Source of the DNA: Narcine bancroftii
Taxonomy: Eukaryota
DNA length: 64,000 nucleotides
NCBI RefSeq assembly: GCF_036971445.1
Contig: NC_091473.1
Location: 91,264,001-91,328,000, forward strand
Direction of reading: 5' to 3'
This document shows positions 25,968 through 38,435 of this stretch, one piece after another. Below the pieces are notes generated by a model. The model was not told the origin of the DNA, did not search any database, and was given only the letters and a program-made list of their open reading frames with translations. The translations under genes were made by a program, and so were the position numbers. Each line of letters begins with the position of its first letter. Positions within the stretch are counted from its first letter, which is position 1.

Positions 25968-27100
25968 GGAAAGACGAGAGCAACTTAGAGAAGCATACAA
26001 ATGAGATATTGTCCTTCATTGCAAAGGGACCAGAGTTTAAAAATAGAGGAGCATTAGAGGCTTTATTGCAATTATATAGTGAGTCTGCATCTGGACTCCT
26101 ATGCACAATTTTGAGCCTCTTATTTAAGAAAGGATAAACTAGCATTGGAAGCAGTCCAGATTAACTAGATTAATTGCTGGGATGAGAGAATTGACCTGTT
26201 ATATACAGCTAAATAAAGGCCTGTATTCTTTGAAGTTTAGAATAATGAGGGGTGATCTTTTTGAATCGCATAAGCCCCAGGATTCAGATGTTTTGAGTGG
26301 GAGAGTCACAGATGAGGGGATATAGTTTCAGGATGAGGGAAAATCATTTAAAACAAGGGTGCTTTGGAGGTTCTTACAGAGGCTGATCTATTTCTGAAAT
26401 TCTCTGGCAGGTTTTGGAGATGACAACATGAGTCAAATAAAGCGGTGACTACACTTTTGAAAGATTGGGGGATTGAGATCATTCTGGAACTGTCACAGAA
26501 AAAGGAATTGAGGCCCAAGGCTGATTTGCAACAATCATAATGAATTGGAGCAGGCATGAAGGGGCAATGGGCCTACTTTTATTTCTGTTGTTTGTGTTCT
26601 CATGTCTTCTATCAAAAACTTGGAATATTGTGTGCCATTCTGGCATGACACTACAGGAAGGATACAATTGTGCTGGAGAGAGTGCAGAGGAGATTCACCA
26701 GAAGTTGACTGGATTAGAGGATTGTGAGGAGTGATTAGAAAGGCAAGACTTCTTTTTTCTGGAGTGAAGAAGGCTGAGGAGTGACCTGGGAGAAGAAGAT
26801 AAGATTATGAGAGGCGTAGAAAGAATAAATAGCCAGAATCATTTTCTAATGGTAAGGCTGTCAAAAACCAGGGGACACAGGTTTAGGGTGAGAGGAAAAA
26901 GTTTTAAATAAGATTTGCGGGGTAAGTTTTTAAACAGAGAATGGTTAATATTTAAAGTGCTCTGCCAATTGATGTGGAATAAAATAATAGGTACATGTAT
27001 TACATTTCAGAGCCATTTAAACCCTTAAACAGGCAGGTCATAGAAAGATAAGATCCTAATATAGGGAAATGGAATTAGTGCAGTTGAGCAAAAAGATCAA
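25968..27100 (+). mobile_element. Two consecutive heavily decayed CR1 3' fragments
   Basis: Degenerate CR1 motifs (ataatgaggggtgatctt; ggagagagtgcagaggagattcacc; aggctgaggagtgacct). Confidence 0.6.
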
Positions 27101-27294
27101 CCTGCATAAGGCAATAATCCAATTCACCATTAGCGTTGCCCTACACCACTTATAATCAGAGAAAGTGAAGCAATAGAGAGTCCCCTCAGAGTAACTGAGT
27201 GTCCATGGAGAAAAAGCAGCAAAATAGAGTCCCCTCAGAGTCACTGAGTGTCCCTGGATTTGTCTCCTTCAGTCTCTGCAGTCAAAAAGACTTA

Positions 27295-27663
27295 CCGTAA
27301 ATATTCAAGTATAATGCAAAAAATTTTGTACCAAAATTTGAGCCCAAAGTAAGGGGGAGGGGGGGGGGTCACATTATACATGAGGTTATAATTTTAAAAA
27401 AAATTCTGCCAGGTTTAACGATAAGTATGATTATCACAGCCACCTACATTGACAGCAGTGTAACTGGGGGAGCAGGGGGAGTGATGGCAGTGCGAATCGG
27501 GCATGTGAGGGGGGAGAGAGACCCCAGAGTGACTTGGGTTGGCAAGGGGAGAGGGGTCGTATTATATACGGGGGTAAAAAATTTCTCCCCGTTTTTCCCT
27601 CAAAAATGGGGGGGGGGTGGTGTCGCATTATACACGAAACACATTATACACGAATATTTACAG
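27295..27663. mobile_element. pogo/Tc2-type MITE with TA TSD
   Basis: TA|ccgtaaatattcaagtataatg ... cattatacacgaatatttacag|TA; internal repeats of cattatacac. Confidence 0.8.
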
Positions 27664-28147
27664 TAGGTTCAATTCAAATCATTGATAACCTGAGCCCAGA
27701 TCCAAACCTCCGACATGATGAGGAAGCTTCAGTGCCCAAGACCCTTTGGGAGCCCTTCTTGCACTCAGCACCTTCTCGAATTCTGGTTACAATACCTGGT
27801 TCTCATGAGCCAGCATTCACCAGCCCTCAGCCTGGTGTGGGTCCTTTGACCTCAAGCCCCTAGCTGGTGCATCACCTTGGTCTCCATACTTGGGGTCATC
27901 TCCTCTGGTTCTCCTTCTCAATGTGGGGGGGAGGAAATGTTCTTCCCATTTCTGGTGCCCTGTGCCAGTCCACTGCAGTCTACAAACATTTGTGGCCACA
28001 GCCAAGCATAGACACCGCCATCTTGACCCAGACCCCACAGTTGCTGAATTTGAAATAAAACACCATCAGCTCCTATAACAGACTGTTTAAAGCTTAGAGT
28101 ATATAGTGCTTTCAGCAATCGTACTGGATGGTAGAACTCTTCAGGAG

Positions 28148-28438
28148 TGTGGTGGTACTCCACCGACCTACTGCAGGGGGAAACCTCTGTACCTGCAGGA
28201 GTGTAATGGGACAGGACAACACCTGGCCGGCTGTCAACCAGTCAGCCTGAATGGATCAAGCCCCACCGGTCGGGTGTCAATTACCCTCTGGGATATAAGC
28301 ATGTTCCGGCCTCCCGAGATCTCACTCAGAGTTGCTGCAGCTACAGCCAACCTGGCTCTGTCGAAGTCTTTGTGGATTAAAGCTTGTTGTTCAGTCTTTA
28401 CCTTGTGTGTGTCTGATTCTGTCTAACAGCGCACCACA
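28148..28438 (+). mobile_element. Solo LTR (291 bp) with 5-bp TSD AGGAG
   Basis: Perfect 7-bp terminal inverted repeat tgtggtg/caccaca; AGGAG at 28143-28147 and 28439-28443; gatataag TATA-like motif then ATTAAA. Confidence 0.85.
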
Positions 28439-29469
28439 AGGAGGGCTCTGTGTTTCTGTTCCCCGCTCTCCCCGTGACTGCACTAATGGCAATGCTGCCA
28501 TTACAGCAGCTCTGGCAGCATCGCCATTTAAAAAATTTTGAACAGACCAACATTGTACTAAACATTAAATACCTTAGAAATTGTAAAATTTCTCCAAATT
28601 GAAGTTTGCTTCTACTTGCAAGATCTTGTTAATGTTAATAATTTCACATTAGGCTATTCCAAGCAAAGCAAGTAATATTTCTTTCTACCAATGATTATGC
28701 ACTTATAAATGTTCTATTGCTTTGACATTCTGCAGACACTCATGCTATATATATTTTGTATGCTATGTATGACACATGTTTTAGCCTCAAAAAATTTTGT
28801 TAATCATCTTACATTAAATATTTGGTGCAGTAGCTTGCAATAATCCAGCCATTTCTACAAGTATAAAGGTCGAAGAGTGAAGCCAAAGGCTCTGATTCTT
28901 GTACAACATTTTCACATTGGAACTTTTAAATGTCATTCAACTGAACCTACTTAATGCAGGTGGATGTATGTGAGAAGGCCCAATGCTTCTGAGTTATGAG
29001 ACAAAGGTTGTTAGTTAATTTACTTCACAAAATAATTTGAGAAAACTCATTTGTCTGCTCCTCGTCTGTACTCACTAGACGTCAGACATAATGCAGAATC
29101 TCACGTGCAACCCTGCGACTCCTTCATCTCTCCAATTGCTCCTCTGGAATTCAAATCTGGCAAACCATCAGGTACTGCAGACATCAAAAGCCAAAATATG
29201 CACTGCTACAAAGTGTATCCTCATGTCTTCTACTCTGCCATTACTATCAAGCCAGAGATAACTGATTCTCAGCCAACAGATCAGATCTGCACTCTGATGT
29301 CCTGTCAAGTCGAGGCATCAATGGTGGTTCATGGTAAAACAACTAATAAGGATGGTCCAAAAGCTTCCTATCCTCTGGTGAAAGATTTCTCATTGGTTGT
29401 TTAGTAGTGAATATCAGGATTTAACTTACCAGTGATGAAAAACCTTTCATATTTCCATGTCCAGCTGGT

Positions 29470-29880
29470 ACACAGAATATAGATCAATGAATAGTTCAGG
29501 AATGGGCCCTTCATCCCATGATATTTGTGCCAACCATGATGCCAATTTAAACTAATCCCATTGATCTGCATATGGTTTACTCAGTTGCTCGTCTATTCAT
29601 GTGGTGCCTAAGTGCTTCTTAAATATTGCAATTGTATTTATTTCCACTACCTCCTCAGCAACATGTGGCATGCACTTACCACTCCTGGTCCAAAAAAAAA
29701 GCTTGGCTTGTAAATCTCCCTTAAACTTTTCCCATATTATATGAAATTATATTTACACTTTGGGAAATGACTCATAATTTTATATACTCAGCCTCTGATT
29801 CTCCAGAGATAACAATCCAATTTTGTCCAACCTCTCCTTTCAGCTGTTATTCTCTAATCTAGACAACATCCTGGTGAAAG
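29470..29880 (-). mobile_element. Decayed CR1 3' fragment
   Basis: CR1-like 3' UTR and ttgtccaacctctcc...caacatcctggtgaa. Confidence 0.55.
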
Positions 29881-30829
29881 GAGAACTGCAGATGCTGGAA
29901 TCTGAAGCTAAATATAGCAAACTGAAGGAACTCAGCAGGTCGAATGCCATTAGTGGGAGAAAAAGTAGTTGATCAAGACTTGATGAATATTAATTGTGGT
30001 AGTTGGGCTCTTGTTGCAGATGTCTTTGCCGTGTCTTCAGTGGCATGAAATTAATATTTTTTTGTGTTCATTTACCACGTAGATGGACACGAACACTAGT
30101 GAGTTCAGGAGAGGGAATAGTAATATTCTGGAGCACATCAACATTACAAAGGAGAAAATGTTTTGTTCTCCATCTCAGATGCAACAATACCAATTCAAGA
30201 AGCTTGGCATTATCCTGGATAAAGCAATTCACTTAATTGGCACCTCCACCTGCAATCCTGAAACTTCACACCCGCCCCCACCTTTACTGTTGAACCATAA
30301 TTGTGGTGTGGTATACAAAACGCATGTCAACATCTTACCAAGGCCTGTTTACCAGCAAGGTCATTTCAAGTTCATTCCATAGTCACACATCATCCTGACT
30401 CGAGATGACAACCAACATCACCACGGATGCCCATCGCATAGCTCAGGACAGACCCTTCAGCCCTCAGAGTTGTGTCAACCTATATATTCCTTCCAAATAA
30501 AATACTAAATCCTTCCTCTCTGGTAACCCTTTATTTCCTTTTGTCCGTGTGCCTGTCTAAAGGTAAAGGTAAAATCACTGTCACATTTTGAATGTTAAAT
30601 TCTTTAACTTTGTCTACAATAGGGAAGACAGAGAGTTGCCACTTTTCCCCAGCATTCTTTCCAATAAGAAAACCTAACAGAAAGGATTGATGTATTAATG
30701 ATTTTATTGCAATTATTTCATGCATGATTTCATGTTGATATATTACGTGTATGACAATGAAATCATTACATTTTCCTCATTCATTTGGGTCATTATTGTG
30801 GATTGCAACAATTATTTAATCCAACAAAG

Positions 30830-31065
30830 AAGGGATTTGCCGAAGTCGGGGTGTCCTCACCTCGTGATGCCTTGGCCGTGGTTTGGAGTCCATGGACCAC
30901 AATGGCAGCCTCCAGCCAGTAGGGGGCCATCCACTCACTCCTGTGGGAAGACGCTGAAACCCGTCGCCTGGCAACCAACATAGTGCTTCCGGTGTCCAAT
31001 CGGTGCACGTTCGGGCGCCGAATTTGGGGCGAGAGGTGCGTGGTTGGTGGTGGCTGCTGGTGAGT
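30830..31065 (+). promoter_or_regulatory. CpG-rich candidate UBE2U promoter and non-coding first exon
   Basis: Local CpG enrichment; CTCF CCAGTAGGGGGC 30916-30927; RFX X-box GTCGCCTGGCAAC 30963-30975; ETS CTTCCGG 30986-30992; CCAAT 30996-31000; donor CTG|GTGAGT at 31060. Confidence 0.6.
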
Positions 31066-31443
31066 GCAATGCTCGGGTAGGTGCCGACCCAGTGCCTTGG
31101 CCGTGGCCTCGATGTCAACGCTGAAGGTCTGGCTGCGGGGCTTACATTTTGACAAGTTCTTTCCCGCTCCCTTTGTGGATGGGAAATGTGATAACATTGA
31201 AAAACTGGCATTAAATCTGCTCTTAGATTGGACCAGGGTTCGAGTCGGGCGCTCCAATTTCTTCCAAGGTCCCAAATGCTAGTTGAGATTAGTGACTATT
31301 GCAAGTCACTGCTCTTTGTGGATTAATACCAAAGACCAAAGGGGAGTGGACGAACATTGTTTCCCTGTGAACTGGTGTGAGCTTGGTGGGCTGAATGTGT
31401 GGTGACAGGCTGTTCAGGGATGCTCACTGGAGGGCCAGTAGCC

Positions 31444-32414
31444 TGCAACAACATATATAGTTATGTTTTGGGGAGATAAATTGGGAAAGGTTTGTAAGAG
31501 TAGGTCACATGCAAGCACTTTAAAACAGATCTTATTTAAAATAATTATTGGCTCCAGAGCTTTTGAAGAGTGCTCAAGAGACTTCACTAATGGATTGTTG
31601 TTTGCAAAAGGCAACAGATGAAAGAGCATACCTGAGCTGCTGCTGTCAGGAAGAGAACTTGCTGTTCTGAGGGGGACATGTGGTTTTGCAAGCAGAGAGA
31701 GTCAAACAGGCTTTCTCTCAGCGAGTCAGAGAGAGACACACACACTTGATCAATTGTTCAATGTTACAGCCAGCAGACAGCAGCTGGGACTGGAACCAGA
31801 AAACCTGGCGAGCTTTTGGAAAGCCCAGTTGGAAGACAACCTGGTCAAAGCCTTTGTGGCTCATGCAGGAGGAGAGGACTGGCTGTCTAATGTTTCCTTT
31901 GGAATAAGAGAAACAAAAAGGATCTCTGTGGTGACCTGAAAGAAAAAGGTTATCATCTGGAGAACCCTGAAGGGGACAAGTTTTGTCAACAAGACACTGG
32001 AGTAGCTGATTAAAAAGGGATTAGTTGTGGATGTCCAGCGAACAACAATTCTCTCTCTGAAAACTGACAAGAACCTTCCTGAGCGGTAACCATTTACCTT
32101 TTAAGCACCAAAGCCTGGTGAACTTTATAAATGTTAAATTCTGTGCACAGTATAAGAATTGCCTGAAACCAGTGAACTTGGAGGAATGAGAAGTGAGATT
32201 GGACTGCGAACCAAAGAACTTTTATGAACATACACACACATTACATACACATGCACTTAGAATTAGAAGGGAGTTAAGTAAGTCAATAGAGATAAGTTAA
32301 AGTTTGATTCTATTTTCATGTTTAAAGATAATTAAATGCAACTTGTTTAAGTAACCATTTGTCTTGGTGAATATCTATTGCTGCTGGGTTTTGGGGTCCT
32401 CTGGGCTCGTAACA
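31444..32414 (+). mobile_element. Probable LTR-like repeat (about 970 bp); left boundary uncertain
   Basis: Ends ...gggctcgtaACA; contains tataaa and attaaa; no matching TSD found. Confidence 0.4.
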
Positions 32415-32701
32415 ATCTTTTGTGCCCAGAAAATAAACATGCCCCGTGACTATTATAATCAAGTTTACATAAGAATTCCAAGTGGCATCTGCTTACTTTG
32501 TACATTGCCACTTTGCATCCTATTATAATTTAATAGTTTATTATATACATTTAATTAATGTGTTTATATAAGATGTTGAAATTTTTATATCATGCTTTTT
32601 GTTTGATGCTACCAAGGTGAAGGAAAGATAAAGTGTCTTATTTTACACTTTCATAAACAAGATGACTCTTCATTTGATGGGAACTGAACAATCTTAAGGC
32701 C

Positions 32702-32767
32702 ATGCAGTCTAAGACTCGTTTGTTGCTGGAAAGAGAACACATTTGCCTTCAAGAAGCAAGATTTTTT
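32702..32767 (+). CDS. UBE2U: UBE2U first coding exon (ubiquitin-conjugating enzyme E2 U)
   Basis: gccATG context; MQSKTRLLLEREHICLQEARFF (22 codons) then gtaagt; aligns with the recalled human N-terminus MHGRAYLLLHRDFCDLKENNYK and joins the next exon in phase 0. Confidence 0.8.
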
Positions 32768-33539
32768 GTAAGTCTAAATAATTTATATTCATAGAATTAT
32801 TGAATTGTTACAGTGTAGAAGGAGGTTATTCAATGCATCCACCATACAGTTTATTTTTCTAGACTTGCATATTTTTTGCCATGATATTTTTTTATCTAAT
32901 TCTCTTCTGTTGAACACAATAGAACCTGCCTCCACCACACCTGCATTTCTGAGTCTGACCACATGTTGCATAAAAATAGTCAGCTTCACTTCACTCTGAA
33001 TTCAGTTTCTCCTTATTTTATACCAGTAATCTCTTGTCATCATGATTCACCAGTTAAAAGCCATTCAAAGTTTGGCATAACTTTTACACTCATGCTGAAA
33101 CCCAAAACAAAGTGTCTTATTAATCATGTTGTCAACGTGTCCCATTACAAATGATTTGTTCATGTCCCTCAGCTGATGCACCCCTTTTAGAACAATATTC
33201 TTTATTCTATTTTGCATCTCCTCATTTTCCTATCATCACCTCATGTTTCCTTGTGTTAATTTTCATCTCAAGATCACGATTCACAATTCCTTTTGTGGTG
33301 AAACCACTATTGTACATATTTGTCATCTGTAAATTACATGGCCTTTCCTGTTTGACCCTGCTCTCATGACTCCTCCCTTTTCTTCCCCATAAAGGCTGTC
33401 ATGCCACAAGCCTCCCCCCCCCCCACCCCCCAGTTCAAGTACGGGTCAGTGTGAATGACCAGCACAGGGATGCTGTCCATCTCTTGCAAATAAAAGCCTT
33501 CAGTTTCGGCAACTTCAGTCTTTGTGCAATTGATCATGC

Positions 33540-36500
33540 TGTACTCGCCACTTATTGAAAGAAAACACACACATGTGGTGTATTCAGGTTAAGCTCTGTG
33601 TTTTATTAGGGCTCAGGTCTGACTTTTATACTTGCACTGTTCCCCGCCGTGGCCACTCTTGGCTGACTTGACAATCTGCATAACAAAAGTGAGTTTCCCG
33701 CGCACAGGTACTTTCTTGTATAACAATGTCCTTCTTCCCTGTGCGCTGTCCCTGTCTGTTAGCTGCACAGCAAGGCCAGCACCTTTATGGGGGTCACTGG
33801 CCTTTAAGCTGCCTTTGCTGTTCACCTGCTGGTTTGCTTGTTGGGGCCAGTACCGCTGCATGGGCTTCTGGCCTCTGGTTGCGCCCACCGCCCAGAGCAC
33901 CGGCTCAACTGCTGCGGCAGCGGGCTGCCACATGACCACTCCCACCCATCCCAGAACCGGTGGTATTGTCCTTGCTATTGTCCTTGGTGCCCGGATGCAA
34001 AGTCTCTACAGCCTTCAGTGGCCTGCCTCTTTGGCGTGGTGCTGGTATCTTGACTGGATGCACTAGGTCCAGGTGTGCCAGCTTTAGCCTATCTGTGGTG
34101 AAGACCTCAGTTTTGCCTCTGATCTCCAACTCGAACATGGCCCCGTTGTTGCGGATGACCCAGAAGGGACCCTTGTATGGCTTCTGAAGCAGCAGATAAT
34201 GTGGACTCCTGCGAATGAAAACATACTCATCGTCTAGCAGGTCTTTGAGTATGTTGGTCCTTGCATGTCCATGCCTGGAAGGTGGAATCAGGGCCAGGTT
34301 GGCAACTCTTTCACTACTGAGGAATGCTGCAGAGTCATCCTGCTGTCCTCCTGGGAATGGTACGAATTCTCCCAGGACCACCAGTGGAGCTCCATAGACG
34401 AGCTCAGCTGAAGAGGTGTTGAGATCCTCCTTGGGTGTCATGCAGATGGCCAGCAGTGCCCATGTCCTTGGAGTCTGGTCATGAGTGCAGTTTTGAGGTG
34501 TCTGTGGAAGTGCTCTACCAACCCATTGGACTGTGGGTAGTATGCTGTTGTGTGATGCAGCTGGGCACCCCACAGGCTGGCAAGGTCGGACCACAGACTG
34601 GAGGTGAACTGGGCCCGTTTGTCAGATGTGATGAGCGATGGTAACCTGAACTGTGCCACCCAGGATGAGATGAGGGCCTGGCACATGAGATTGTTGATGG
34701 GTCTGCCAGCGGGACTGCTTCTGGACACCTGGTGAAGTGGTCAACCATTGTGAACAGATAGTGGAAACCCTGGGATACTGACAAGGACCCTACTATGCCC
34801 ATGAAGATGTGGTTGAACCTTAGATCCACGGGCTCTAAGTGGTGAGGTGAGGTCTTGGTATGCTGCTGTTCCTTGGTTGTTTGGCACTGCATGTATGCCT
34901 TCGTCCTCCCGCTGACCTGTTTCTGCAATCCATGCCACACATATTTGCTGACCACCAGCCAGCCCGTGGTCCTGATGGATGGATGAGTCAGTCAAAAACC
35001 TGTAATCTCCAAGCCTCCAGGATGATGGGTCTGACCTGACCGATGGCCACGTCGCACAGGAAGGTGATGTTACCTGTATTGACGGGAATGTCCTGGAGCT
35101 GCAGTCCTGATATGGCAGTCCTGTATTGGGGCATCTACTCATCTTCCAGTGCCATGAAGTCCACACCCCTCGATAGCGCATGGATACTTTGCCTGGACAG
35201 TGCATCGCCCATCATGTTGTCCTTGCAGGAGACATGCCTTACATCTGTGGTGTACTCCGAGATGTAAGACAGGAGTGGTTGCTGGTGGGCTGACCAGGGG
35301 TCAGAGATCTTAGCCAAGAGCTTGTGATCTGTGAAAGCCATAAAAGACCTACCCTTGAGGAAGTATCTGAAGAGGTGGATAGCTAAGTACAGCACCAGAA
35401 ACTCTCTGTTGAAAACGCAGTACTTCAGTTCTGAAGGCCACATATGTTTGCTGAAGAAAGCCAGCGGCTGCCAACTTCCTTCAATCTGCTGCTCCAGAAC
35501 TCTGCCAATCGCCATTCCTGAGGCAACCACCATCAGGGCTGTTGGAGCATCTGACCTAGGATGTGCCAGGAGAATGGCATTCGCCAGGGCTTCCTTGGCC
35601 TTCATGAAGGCTTTCGCTGACTCCTCATCCCAGGTGATGTCCTTCATCTTGCCTGCCATCTGGACGAACAAGAGCTGCATGATCCAAACAGCTGAGGGAA
35701 TGAACCTGCAATAGAAATTGATCAACCTCCGAACTCCTGTAGTCCCTTGGTCATGTTGGGTCTGGGGAACTTTTGGATGGCCTCCACTTTACTGGGTAGC
35801 AGTGTGGCTCCTTCCCTGCTTATGCTGTGGCCTAGGAAGTCGATGGCTTCCAATCCGAACTGGCATTTGGCTGGGTTGATCATCAGGCCGAACTCACTCA
35901 GCTAGGTGTAGAGGTTGTGGAGGTGCACCTTATGCTCCTGTTGGTTCCTGCTTGCCACCAGGATGTCGTTCAGGTACATGAAGGAGCCATTCTGGTCTTG
36001 GCCCACTACATCCATGAGTGGTTGGAAGGTCTGTGAGGTGTTCTTTAGCCTGAACGGCATTTGGAGGAATTCGAAGAGGTCAAACAGGGTGTTGTTGGTG
36101 GTCTTGGGGATATCATCAGGGTGTACTGGGATCTGATGATATCCCCGCATGAGGTGTACCCTAGAGAAAATCCTTGCCCCATGCAGGTTAGCCACAAAGT
36201 GTGGCACGGAGTACCAATCCGGTGTTGTAGCCTTGTTGCTTTGGGTACCATGTGCAGGGGAGAAGCCCATGGGCTGTCTGACTGCCGTACAATGCCGAAA
36301 TCCTCCTTCGCCAGCTGGAGCTTCTCTGGACGAAGGCGTCTTGCCCTTGCGTGGCCCTGGGTTAGGATATGGTACTGTACCTCATGCCTGGGCATTACCG
36401 TGGTGAGATGGGGGTGGTACTGTAGGGAACTTGGGCAAGACCCTGGCGTACTCGTTGTCCGATCTCTGTATGGAGTGCTGGTGGAGTGTTGGGAGCCTGG

Positions 36501-37887
36501 CATCTTTGAGGGGGGAAGGTTTGAAAAGTCTTGGCATGGACCAATCCCTTTCCCTTGAGGTCCACTAGCTGGTTGTGGGTGCCCAGGTAGTCTCTCCTGA
36601 GGAGTGGCTGTGACCAGTGTGAACACCCACAAGAAGAGGCTGACTTCCAACTGAAGATGGACCTTGCTGGTACTGTAGGTCCGAATTGTGCTGTTGTTGG
36701 CAGTCCTCTGCATGAGGCTCGACTGCCTGTTCCTGGAGTTCTGTCCTGAAGGTGGCAAGACGCTGACCTCTGCTCCTGTTTCTACAAGGAAGCGACATCC
36801 AGACTGTTGGTCCCAAACGTATAGTAGGCTGTCTGGTGGCCAGCCGTCATAGGCATTAACGATGGCTGGCCCATGGCGTTTCTCTGAAACGTGCATGGCG
36901 GCATGCACTGGCAGGCTCTGGTGGTAGAAACGCCACTAGTCACCTGGATCACCTCGGCGACTCTGCACGGGTCTGGCTGCAGGGTTTAGTGATGAGCACC
37001 ATGGACACCAAGCACTCTCTCTTCCGTTTTCACAGAACGTCTGCTTGTGCTGCGACTTTACGAGTGTCGCTGAAATTCTCATCAGCCAGTAGTAGTTGGA
37101 TGTCCTTGGGCAGTTGCTCCAGGAATGCCTACTTAAACATAATGCAGGTTTCGTGTTTGCCTAGGAGGGCCAGCATCTCATTCATGAGGGCTGATGGGGA
37201 CCTGTCCCCTAACCTGTTCAGCTGGAGCACTAAGGTCTACATCAGCAAACCCTTGAAGGCAGTGTACATGCCTTCCGATTGGGGGCTCCTGGATGAAATT
37301 AGCCACCCTGCTGTGTCCTGGTCCAGGGTGCTCACCATGTGGTAGTACTGGGTGGATTCTGCTGTGATCTGCTGGACCTGGAACTGTCCTTCAGCCTGGT
37401 CAAACCACAGACTTGGTTGGTTTGTCCAGAAGGTCGACAGCTTGAGAGCTACCACTTTGACTGCTGTCTGTCTCATCACTGGGTTTTAGATGCCATCTAA
37501 ACCGATGGGGTCACCAATTGTAGCCGCACGCTACTCAAAAGAAGACACGCACGTGTAATGTAGTCAGGTTTAGCTCTGATTTTTATTAGGGCTCAGGCCT
37601 GACTTTTATACTTGCACTATTCCCACCGTGGCCCTCCTTAGTTGACGGCACAACATGCATAACAAAAGTGAGTTTCCAGGATACTTTCTTGCATAATAAT
37701 GCCCTTCTTCCCTGTGCGCTGTCCCTGTCTGTTGGCTGCGCAGCAAGGCCAGTGCCATTTTGGGGTTGCTGTCCTTTAAGCTGCCCTTGCCATTCACCTG
37801 CCGGTTTGCTTGTTAGGACAAGTTCCGCTGCTCGGGCTGCTGGCCTTTGGTGACGCTCACTGCCCAGAGTGCCGGGTGGCCACCACA
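33540..37887 (-). mobile_element. Gypsy LTR retrotransposon (CsRN1/Kabuki-like), near full length, decayed
   Basis: LTRs 33540-33932 and 37519-37887; PBS TGGTGACCCC (37507-37516, tRNA-Trp type); PPT next to 33933; 4-bp TSD atgc/gtgc; Gag VALKLSTFWTNQPSLWFDQAE, protease FLVETGAEVS, RT YLND, RNase H and integrase TAYYPQSNGLVE. Confidence 0.9.
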
Positions 37888-38435
37888 GTGCATTAATTTT
37901 ATTTGCAAGAAATTTTTTCAGAACATGGACAAGTACATGAAGTTGGATTATCTGGAAATCAACCCAAGAGAACCTGAGGCAGCCGACAAGTTTGCGCTCT
38001 GGCACTGCTGTTTCGAAAAGTTCCTCACTGCATCTATCCAGGTTGACGAGGACAAGCTCCATCTGCCATTCTCATACATTGGACCACCAAGTTTACCGGA
38101 TGGTCCAGGACTTCCAGACATATGGAGCTGCAATGGATACCCTGAAGGACCAGTATAAAGTCCAGGTGAACGAGCTACATACTCCACTCACACAGGCAGT
38201 AAGCAGAGGAAACCTTCAATGACTTTGTCAGGGCACAGCAGGACCTCGCAAGGGATTGCAACTGCCAGACTATGAGTGCAGAACAGCATACGCAGCTGCT
38301 CATCAGAGACGCCTGTTACATTAGCATCCACTCCGACTACGTGAAGAAGCAGCTACTTGAACAGAGACAACTGAGCCTACCTCAAACCATCGAACTGCTG
38401 AACACTCTAGAAGTATCCATCCACAACACCAAGTC

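Noticed and set aside
30793-31275. 160-aa and 131-aa minus-strand ORFs as a novel gene
   Set aside because: No recognisable domain; long ORFs are expected in GC-rich DNA, and the region is better explained as a promoter.
33613-37345. Many plus-strand ORFs over the inner Gypsy element
   Set aside because: Antisense shadows of GC-rich gag-pol and LTR sequence.
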